Shown one piece after another: positions 1 through 5,578 of a stretch of DNA of 5,578 nt. The notes under the pieces were generated by a model that had not been told where the DNA came from, made no database searches, and worked only from the letters and a program-made list of their open reading frames with translations. This DNA is from Escherichia coli (GTDB lineage Bacteria > Pseudomonadota > Gammaproteobacteria > Enterobacterales > Enterobacteriaceae). The position numbers and the translations under genes were made by a program. The stretch lies in the NCBI RefSeq assembly GCF_003334335.1, contig NZ_QOWQ01000076.1, one strand, 5' to 3'. Numbering within the stretch: the first letter of the stretch is position 1; every line of letters starts with the position of its first letter.

Positions 1-82
1 CTTTATTATCGAGTTCGGTGACCGCCTGGACGGCCACTTCTGAGAAAAGGTATTTACACAGAATCCTGAACAGGCTCCCGTA

Positions 83-118
83 AAGCGGCAACTTTATTGA
101 GTTGCCGCTTTTTTATTC
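83..118 (+). terminator. Rho-independent terminator-like hairpin in the intergenic region downstream of ycaK
   Basis: Inverted repeat AAGCGGCAACT (83-93) / AGTTGCCGCTT (100-110) with 6-nt loop TTATTG, followed on the + strand by a run of seven T then ATT (109-118). On the - strand the stem is followed by only TTTA, so it looks mainly like a terminator for a + strand gene entering from the left (pflA expected by synteny), possibly shared with ycaK. Confidence 0.6.
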
Positions 119-153
119 CGCGCTTCATTCTGCTACAGCGTTTTTAACACATC

Positions 154-744
154 TTATAGTGCATCTACCATATCCCGTACCTGAGATAATAACGACTGAT
201 AATAGCTCGCGTGAAGTTCTTCCCCATCGAATACCACTGTATTACACAAGAAAGTGACATCGGCATCTTCAATACCAAGATAACTGCACATATTTTTTAA
301 ATAATCGCTTATATTTTTTTCCCAGCCCATCTGGACAAATGATTCTTTGTCTCCTCCAACCAGCGCCACCCAACGAACTTTATTGAATGGTAATTTGTGC
401 CCATCTCCATAAGCCAGCCCATTATTCCATACTCTGTCAATATATCCTTTTAGCATTGCCGGGAAGCTGTACCACCAGAGAGGAAAAACCACCACTAACG
501 TGTCATGTTCAAGCAGCTCTGAATAAAGCTGATGAACCTCTGGAGAATAACGTTTATCCATATTCTTCCAGTCTGGTTCATCTTCCGGCGTCATCACTGG
601 GTTGAAATTACGCCGATATAAATCGAGTTCCGTCACCTGTATTTTCCGCTCCATTGCCCGCTGATGGATCGCATCAGCAATATGTGCGGTCAATGAATCA
701 TGACGAGGATGGGCCCATACCAAATAAATACGTTCAGACTGCAT
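154..744 (-). CDS. ycaK: Flavodoxin-fold NAD(P)H dehydrogenase (quinone)-like oxidoreductase, 196 aa
   Basis: ORF of 196 codons, ATG at 744-742, TAA at 156-154. GGAGG Shine-Dalgarno (complement of 752-756) sits 8 nt upstream of the ATG. N-terminal RIYLVWAHPRHDS resembles the AHP motif of the KefF/KefG/MdaB flavodoxin-like quinone reductase family. Length and sequence agree with my recollection of E. coli YcaK; neighbours match the expected order. Confidence 0.88.
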   Translation of the reverse strand: MQSERIYLVWAHPRHDSLTAHIADAIHQRAMERKIQVTELDLYRRNFNPVMTPEDEPDWKNMDKRYSPEVHQLYSELLEHDTLVVVFPLWWYSFPAMLKGYIDRVWNNGLAYGDGHKLPFNKVRWVALVGGDKESFVQMGWEKNISDYLKNMCSYLGIEDADVTFLCNTVVFDGEELHASYYQSLLSQVRDMVDAL

Positions 745-843
745 AATTTTACCTCCACGTTAAGTTCTGGAGCGCACTTTACGCAGGCGGCATAATCCTG
801 TAAACGTGATGATTCAGGATGAGTTAATGAAGGATTTTCACTA
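745..843. promoter_or_regulatory. Divergent ycaK/ycaN promoter region with candidate LysR-type operator dyad
   Basis: 99-bp spacer between divergent start codons. Candidate ycaK promoter on - strand: -35 TTTACA (complement of 799-804), 17-bp spacer, -10 TAAAGT (complement of 776-781). Candidate ycaN -10 CATAAT at 791-796 on + strand, and AAGGA RBS at 830-834 nine nt before ATG 844. Dyad ATCCTG (795-800) N14 CAGGAT (815-820) overlaps the ycaK -35. All hexamers were found by eye and are not experimentally supported. Confidence 0.35.
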
Positions 844-1752
844 ATGCGGATGAATATGTCTGACTTTGCCACTTTCTTTGCCGTGGCCCGTAATCAAAGC
901 TTTCGTGCAGCGGGCGATGAGTTAGGCTTATCCTCGTCCGCCATTAGCCATAGTATTAAAACACTGGAACAACGTCTTAAAATTCGCTTATTCAATCGGA
1001 CAACCCGAAGCGTATCGTTAACGGAAGCGGGTTCTAATCTCTATGAACGATTGCGCCCAGCTTTCGACGAAATTCAGATCATGTTAGATGAGATGAATGA
1101 TTTTCGTCTGACACCGACAGGAACGCTCAAAATCAATGCCGCCCGGGTAGCTGCACGTATATTTTAAATGTCTTTACTGGTTGGTTTCACACGTGAATAT
1201 CCTGATATTAAAGTCGAGCTCACAACTGACGACTCTCTTGTCGATATCGTCCAACAGGGCTTTGACGCTGGCGTTCGACTTAGTTGCATCGTCGAAAAAG
1301 ATATGATCAGCGTGGCGATCGGCCCGCCAGTGAAATTATGTGTAGCAGCAACGCCAGAGTACTTTGCAAGATATGGCAAACCCCGCCATCCTCATGATCT
1401 GCTTAATCATCAATGTGTTGTTTTTCGTTATCCCAGCGGCAAACCTTTCCACTGGCAATTTGCAAAGGAGCTGGAAATTGCTGTCGCAGGAAATATCATT
1501 CTGGATGATGTTGATGCTGAACTGGAGGCCGTTTTGATGGGTGCTGGTATCGGGTATCTGCTCTATGAACAGATCAAGGAGTACCTTGATACTGGTCGTT
1601 TAGAATGTGTACTGGAAGACTGGAGCACAGAGCGTCCAGGCTTCCAGATCTATTATCCAAACCGCCAGTATATGTCCTGCGGCTTGCGCGCATTTCTCGA
1701 TTATGTAAAAACGGGTCAGATCTGCCAGAGTCAGCGTCACCGACCACAATAA
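844..1752 (+). pseudogene. ycaN: LysR-family transcriptional regulator interrupted by in-frame TAA at 1165-1167 (N-terminal HTH fragment 844-1167, effector-domain fragment 1168-1752)
   Basis: One reading frame from ATG 844 to TAA 1750-1752 spans 303 codons; codon 108 is TAA (1165-1167) and is followed immediately by ATG 1168 in the same frame. The 107-aa fragment carries a typical LysR winged-helix HTH (FRAAGDELGLSSSAISHSIKTLEQRLKIRLFNRTTR). The 194-aa fragment begins in the LysR linker/substrate-binding region (LLVGFTREYPDIKVEL). 107+1+194 = 302 codons, the size I recall for intact E. coli YcaN, so this is a point nonsense change rather than a frameshift. Confidence 0.75.
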
Positions 1753-3183
1753 TTATTTACTATTCGCTTTACGCGCCAGCAGCGGGAATATCAGTCCTAA
1801 TCCTACCAGCACAAACGGCGTTGCAACATTCAGCGCCAACTGGAAGGTCCACTCTGCAGTGAAGGCTTCCATTTTCGGGAAGATCCCCGTCAAACAGGCA
1901 AAGGCGGTAAAGGCAAAACACCAAATCCCGACGGTCATTGCCAGAGGCTTATTACGAATAAAGACATATTCTGGTTTATATTTCTGCGCCAAGCGAACGA
2001 CTGCAATAAATGCAACAAATACCCATAAATAACGCAGCGGCATCACTACCGAATTAAGGTTCAACAGCCATTTATAGAGATTGTTCATATCACCAATGCC
2101 GAGAGTCGGCAGCATAATCAGAATCGCCACCAGTACCAGGGTCAGAAAATAGCCATTAACGGGCGTACCAGAAGCGTTGGTACGACATAAACTGGCTGGA
2201 ATATATTTGCTGTCAGCATCACCTAATAGCACTTTAAGCGGGGCATCAATCGAGAATACCAGCGCCGCTACTTGTCCCAGGGTATTCGCAATGGCGTAAA
2301 TCACCATTAAAGTATTACCCATGTTGTAATACTCGCCCAGCTTCTGAAAGGCGTAATACTGACCGTTGGTCATTAAGTCATCCGGGATATTACGCGAATC
2401 AAACATCATCCCCATCGCCAGCGAGCCCAGAATGGCACAAACCGCAACCATCACCGCCAGGCATAACATCCCTTTTGGAAATTCTTTTCCTGGGTTGCGC
2501 GTTTGATTAACGTAAGGAGAAATCTTCTCTGCTCCGCCAACCGCGAAAACCAGCATTGAAATAGTGGTAATGTAGGTAAAGTCGATATGAGGAATGAACG
2601 TTTCCCAGGTAATGTTTGTGGTCGCAATATGCACTTCAGTAATTGCAGGCGCGGTTACCGCCATCGCCACATACAGGAGCGACATAACAAACATAGCAAT
2701 CCCTGCCACAGAACCGACGATTTTCAGCGATTTCATACCGCGTGAAGCAACCCACATAAAGAAGATAAACAGCACCAGCGTTAACCCCTGTAACGCTACG
2801 ACTGAATATTCTTTGATTAGCGAACCGTCGCCTTTCATCGCCCAACCGAGCGCAATCAGAATTGCCTGGGGTTTTTGTGCCAGATAGGGAATATGCACCA
2901 CCCAGTAGGTCCACGCGGCGAGATAAGCCAGTCCGGGTCCCATCGTGTGTTTAATCCAGGTACTGACCCCGCCCTTCCCATCTTTGAAGGTCGAGCCTAA
3001 CTGACCAACAATTAGCGCATAAGGTGTGAAATAGAGTGCAAAGATAAACACCCATGAAAAAACAACCACCAGCCCCTGGTTGGCATAGTTATTAACAACG
3101 TTGCCAAAACCCCAGACAGTGATAAAAGACATCAGCGCAATGTTGTACCATCGCAACTGTTTTTCCTGAACATTCCCAGCCAT
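1753..3183 (-). CDS. ycaM: Putative APC-superfamily permease (amino acid/organocation transporter-like), 476 aa
   Basis: The long - strand ORF ends with TAA at 1755-1753. The biological start is taken as ATG 3183-3181 (MAGNVQEKQLRWYNIAL...), which has AAGGA 9 nt upstream and gives 476 aa, the length I recall for YcaM. The protein is highly hydrophobic with multiple predicted TM segments. The ORF-track start at 3375 is a GTG inside the ycaD terminator stem and is rejected. Confidence 0.85.
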   Translation of the reverse strand: MAGNVQEKQLRWYNIALMSFITVWGFGNVVNNYANQGLVVVFSWVFIFALYFTPYALIVGQLGSTFKDGKGGVSTWIKHTMGPGLAYLAAWTYWVVHIPYLAQKPQAILIALGWAMKGDGSLIKEYSVVALQGLTLVLFIFFMWVASRGMKSLKIVGSVAGIAMFVMSLLYVAMAVTAPAITEVHIATTNITWETFIPHIDFTYITTISMLVFAVGGAEKISPYVNQTRNPGKEFPKGMLCLAVMVAVCAILGSLAMGMMFDSRNIPDDLMTNGQYYAFQKLGEYYNMGNTLMVIYAIANTLGQVAALVFSIDAPLKVLLGDADSKYIPASLCRTNASGTPVNGYFLTLVLVAILIMLPTLGIGDMNNLYKWLLNLNSVVMPLRYLWVFVAFIAVVRLAQKYKPEYVFIRNKPLAMTVGIWCFAFTAFACLTGIFPKMEAFTAEWTFQLALNVATPFVLVGLGLIFPLLARKANSK

Positions 3184-3267
3184 AGACAAATCCTTCGCCA
3201 AAATTAAAGGGGCATCTGTAAAACGAGGGATTATGCGCGGCAAATAAGAAGTGCGGAAATAGCGAAA

Positions 3268-3305
3268 TGCAAAATTATAACCTGCTGCACATTTTATTTT
3301 TAAAC
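3268..3305 (-). promoter_or_regulatory. Candidate sigma70 promoter for ycaM
   Basis: Perfect TATAAT on the - strand (complement of 3274-3279) about 90 nt upstream of ycaM ATG, with an AT-rich upstream region (3291-3305) but no good -35 hexamer. Located downstream of the ycaD terminator, so ycaM is probably transcribed independently. Confidence 0.3.
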
Positions 3306-3340
3306 GAATAAAATTTGGAATAAAGCAAGTCAGATAGAAG

Positions 3341-3384
3341 AAACAAAAAAGCAGAGTGTGAAACAGTAAGTTCACACTCTGCTT
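3341..3384 (-). terminator. Rho-independent terminator of ycaD
   Basis: Perfect 14-bp inverted repeat AAGCAGAGTGTGAA (3349-3362) / TTCACACTCTGCTT (3371-3384) with 8-nt loop. On the - strand the stem is followed by TTTTTTGTTT (complement of 3341-3350). It starts 9 nt after the ycaD stop codon (3393-3395). Confidence 0.8.
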
Positions 3385-3392
3385 GAATTCAT

Positions 3393-4541
3393 TTACACGT
3401 GAGCAACGGGTTTCGGCGTATGACCGGCGTTGCGCAGCAGCATCAGCAAATAGATAAACGATACGCTGGCGATCATGATAAACAATAAATTATCGGAGAA
3501 ATTCTGCATTAGCATAGCGGTAAATGACGGGCCAAGCAGACTTCCCACAGTATAGCTCAACAGTAAGGCCTGGTTCATCGCCACCAGTTGATGATGTTCA
3601 ACTTTCTCGCAAGCCCATGCCATCGCCACCGGATATAGCGTAAAGCCAGCGGCACCGAGGATGAATAACGCTGGGGCCATCGCCGCCTGGCTAAGCATCG
3701 CGATACTGCCGAGAATGACGACAAAGACCTGAACACGCAACACCAGCAGTCGACCAAACTTATCCGCCAGACGTCCAATCGGCCATTGTCCAAGGATACC
3801 CGCACTGACCAGTACCGCCATCCAGAAACCAATGCTGGCATTGCTCACCCCTTTGTGATTGAGGTACAGCGGCATCAGGCCATATAGAGATCCCAGAACG
3901 ATTCCTGAGATAATGCAGCCATTCACGCCAAGCCGCGCCTGACGGAGTTTTAGCATTGACGTAATTGACGTCGAATCATGGTTTTCAGCCTGCTGATTCA
4001 GCACACGCGTAAACAACAGCGGTAAGATCCCTGCCAACGTCAAACCTGTAACCCACGGCAATACGGACATCAGCTCGGTTGAAACTTTGCTGACCAGTAA
4101 CTGGCCTAAAAACGTTCCCACGTAATAAACCATCATATACGCAGCAAGCAAACGCCCACGGTTACGTGACGTCCCACTGCACATCAGCGCGCTCTCAACA
4201 ACCACCCAAATCATGGCACAGCCGACGCCCGCGACAAAACGCCAAGCCAACCAGCTCCAGAATCCAATCATCAGGCCAAGGCCGGCACAGCCAGCGGCAA
4301 AAATGAAGGAGGCCAGATAATAGCTGCGGTTAAAGCCAATGCGCTTAATGACATACCCTGTCAGCAATGTACCGACAAGGTTGCCGGTAAAATAGGATGA
4401 GCTGACAACGCCTACCTGCCATGTGGACATGTGTTCCTGGGCGAGCCAAAGCGGCACGAGTGTATTTAACACCGCAATCGCCAGAGTCAACAAAAGCAGG
4501 CCAGACAGCAAAAGCATGACAGGCTGGGTATACGTGGACAT
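3393..4541 (-). CDS. ycaD: Major facilitator superfamily transporter, 382 aa
   Basis: ORF of 382 codons, ATG 4541-4539, TAA 3395-3393. Contains the MFS signature motif A between predicted TM2 and TM3 ([13 protein letters not shown]) and about 12 hydrophobic segments. Length and sequence match my recollection of E. coli YcaD. The Shine-Dalgarno is weak: no GGAGG-like element in the 15 nt before the ATG. Confidence 0.9.
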   Translation of the reverse strand: MSTYTQPVMLLLSGLLLLTLAIAVLNTLVPLWLAQEHMSTWQVGVVSSSYFTGNLVGTLLTGYVIKRIGFNRSYYLASFIFAAGCAGLGLMIGFWSWLAWRFVAGVGCAMIWVVVESALMCSGTSRNRGRLLAAYMMVYYVGTFLGQLLVSKVSTELMSVLPWVTGLTLAGILPLLFTRVLNQQAENHDSTSITSMLKLRQARLGVNGCIISGIVLGSLYGLMPLYLNHKGVSNASIGFWMAVLVSAGILGQWPIGRLADKFGRLLVLRVQVFVVILGSIAMLSQAAMAPALFILGAAGFTLYPVAMAWACEKVEHHQLVAMNQALLLSYTVGSLLGPSFTAMLMQNFSDNLLFIMIASVSFIYLLMLLRNAGHTPKPVAHV

Positions 4542-4854
4542 GAATTAAAACCGTGAGGAAGTTCAAATTTCATGCGCATCATGCCACCGCCAAAAACATT
4601 GTCAATGGGTGAAAATACGCGATATCCCAGCGGCGGTATTATCGATTAATATTACTCATTCATAACGCTAATGCTGAAGAGATGATTAGTCTCATCTGAT
4701 TGTTTTTATTGAACTAACACAAATTTCATACGCTTCGTTCAGTCGAAAAATTTCATGGTCACAGCAAACTCATATTTCCCGTCTATGCTTTCAGAGCAAT
4801 GCATCGCGTCTGATCGATTTCAGACGTACCACTGACTCTCGAAAGGAGAAGAGG
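4542..4854. promoter_or_regulatory. 313-bp divergent ycaD/ycaC control region
   Basis: AT-rich non-coding spacer between divergent start codons. TTGTCAA at 4599-4605 gives a perfect -35 TTGACA on the - strand (complement of 4600-4605) for ycaD, with a weak -10 CATGAT 16 nt downstream. AAATTTCAT occurs three times (4565-4573, 4721-4729, 4748-4756). Strong AGGAG RBS 5-9 nt before ycaC ATG 4855. No convincing ycaC -10/-35 pair was found by eye. Confidence 0.35.
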
Positions 4855-5481
4855 ATGACCAAACCGTATGTTCGTCTTGATAAAAATGATGCTGCCGTTT
4901 TGCTTGTTGATCACCAGGCTGGTTTACTTTCCCTTGTACGGGATATCGAACCCGATAAGTTTAAAAATAACGTGCTGGCGCTGGGTGACCTGGCTAAGTA
5001 TTTCAACTTACCAACTATTCTTACCACCAGTTTTGAAACCGGTCCTAACGGCCCATTAGTTCCAGAACTGAAAGCACAATTCCCCGATACACCTTACATT
5101 GCTCGCCCGGGAAATATTAACGCCTGGGATAACGAAGATTTTGTAAAAGCTGTCAAAGCGACAGGTAAAAAACAGTTAATTATTGCCGGTGTGGTAACCG
5201 AAGTTTGCGTGGCATTCCCGGCGCTTTCAGCCATTGAAGAAGGGTTTGACGTCTTTGTCGTGACTGACGCGTCAGGGACCTTTAATGAAATTACCCGGCA
5301 TTCGGCATGGGATCGCTTGTCGCAAGCTGGTGCGCAATTGATGACATGGTTCGGCGTGGCGTGCGAGCTGCATCGCGACTGGCGTAATGATATTGAAGGA
5401 CTGGCGACGTTGTTCTCTAACCACATTCCTGATTATCGTAATTTGATGACCAGTTATGACACGTTAACGAAGCAGAAATAA
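4855..5481 (+). CDS. ycaC: Isochorismatase-family (cysteine hydrolase) protein, 208 aa
   Basis: ORF of 208 codons with AGGAG Shine-Dalgarno, ATG 4855, TAA 5479-5481. Carries the isochorismatase-family signature: LLVDHQ with the catalytic Asp at residue 19, and a Cys in VVTEVCVAFPA consistent with the catalytic Cys of the Asp-Lys-Cys triad. Length and sequence match my recollection of E. coli YcaC. Confidence 0.9.
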   Translation: MTKPYVRLDKNDAAVLLVDHQAGLLSLVRDIEPDKFKNNVLALGDLAKYFNLPTILTTSFETGPNGPLVPELKAQFPDTPYIARPGNINAWDNEDFVKAVKATGKKQLIIAGVVTEVCVAFPALSAIEEGFDVFVVTDASGTFNEITRHSAWDRLSQAGAQLMTWFGVACELHRDWRNDIEGLATLFSNHIPDYRNLMTSYDTLTKQK

Positions 5482-5515
5482 AAGAGAACCGGGGCCGAAA
5501 CCCATAAGCGCTAAC

Positions 5516-5578
5516 TTAAGGGTTGAACCATCTGAAGAATGCGACGCCTCGGTGCCTCGTTAAGACGATGCCTCGCGT
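5516..5578 (-). CDS. Possible 3' end of a convergent gene, truncated by the window edge (dmsC expected by synteny)
   Basis: The last 60 nt are GC-rich and open on the - strand up to the window edge in two frames: one ends ...TRGIVLTRHRGVAFFRWFNP with stop at 5518-5516, the other ends with stop at 5513-5511. I cannot tell from sequence which frame, if either, is real, and I could not match it to a remembered protein C-terminus. Confidence 0.25.
   Translation of the reverse strand, partial: TRGIVLTRHRGVAFFRWFNP

Noticed and set aside
2-43. Short + strand open frame at the left edge ending in TGA at 41-43 (...FIIEFGDRLDGHF), a possible C-terminus of the neighbouring gene
   Set aside because: It does not match the C-terminus I recall for PflA, the expected neighbour, and 1-153 is more simply intergenic sequence ending in the terminator hairpin.
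387-872. ORFs 387-605 (+) and 690-872 (-) overlapping ycaK and the ycaK/ycaN intergenic region
   Set aside because: They are antisense to or out of frame with a well-supported gene, have low-complexity composition and no RBS, and 690-872 runs across a promoter region. Typical spurious frames.
1168-1752. Stand-alone 194-aa gene for a LysR effector domain without an HTH
   Set aside because: It is in the same frame as the HTH-encoding ORF 844-1167, directly after a single TAA, and the combined length equals an intact regulator. It has no Shine-Dalgarno of its own, so it is better explained as the downstream half of a nonsense-interrupted ycaN.
1164-1862. ORFs 1164-1379 (-) and 1605-1862 (+) overlapping ycaN and the ycaN/ycaM junction
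   Set aside because: They are antisense or alternate-frame overlaps of the regulator and permease genes, with no independent start signals.
2594-2914. ORFs 2594-2887 (+) and 2636-2914 (-) inside ycaM
   Set aside because: They are nested in the permease coding region on the opposite strand or in another frame. The permease frame is continuous and hydrophobic throughout.
1753-3375. 540-aa extended reading frame for the ycaM permease given in the ORF track
   Set aside because: The extra 64 N-terminal codons begin at a GTG inside the ycaD terminator stem and have no RBS. The internal ATG at 3183 has an AAGGA Shine-Dalgarno and yields the expected 476-aa protein.
3575-4566. ORFs 3575-3841 (-) and 4345-4566 (-) overlapping ycaD
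   Set aside because: They are alternate frames of the MFS gene with Arg/Trp/Cys-rich translations typical of off-frame reading. 4345-4566 starts at a TTG in the ycaD leader without an RBS.
4868-5426. ORFs 4868-5059 (+) and 5094-5426 (-) overlapping ycaC
   Set aside because: They are out of frame with or antisense to the well-supported ycaC frame, with no RBS.
1-5578. Mobile element, genomic island or defence system (CRISPR, restriction-modification, toxin-antitoxin)
   Set aside because: There are no direct or inverted terminal repeats, transposase or integrase-like ORFs, spacer-repeat arrays or small paired ORFs. Gene content and order match conserved core chromosome.

Overview
The window reads as ordinary conserved enterobacterial (Escherichia coli-like) chromosome, matching the ycaK-ycaN-ycaM-ycaD-ycaC block in reverse orientation; gene names are assigned from memory of protein sequence, length and gene order, not from a search. 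Five genes are supported: a flavodoxin-fold NAD(P)H quinone oxidoreductase-like protein (ycaK, minus), a LysR-type regulator (ycaN, plus), an APC-type permease (ycaM, minus), an MFS transporter (ycaD, minus) and an isochorismatase-family hydrolase (ycaC, plus). The most notable observation is that ycaN is interrupted by an in-frame TAA at 1165-1167, splitting it into a DNA-binding fragment and an effector-domain fragment. Other observations are a candidate LysR operator dyad in the ycaK/ycaN divergent promoter region, convergent ycaN and ycaM stop codons that abut with no spacer, and a 313-bp ycaD/ycaC control region with three copies of AAATTTCAT. I find no rRNA, tRNA, CRISPR array, insertion sequence or integrase, and no convincing evidence of a novel defence or mobile system. 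Promoter and operator calls are made by eye and are low confidence.
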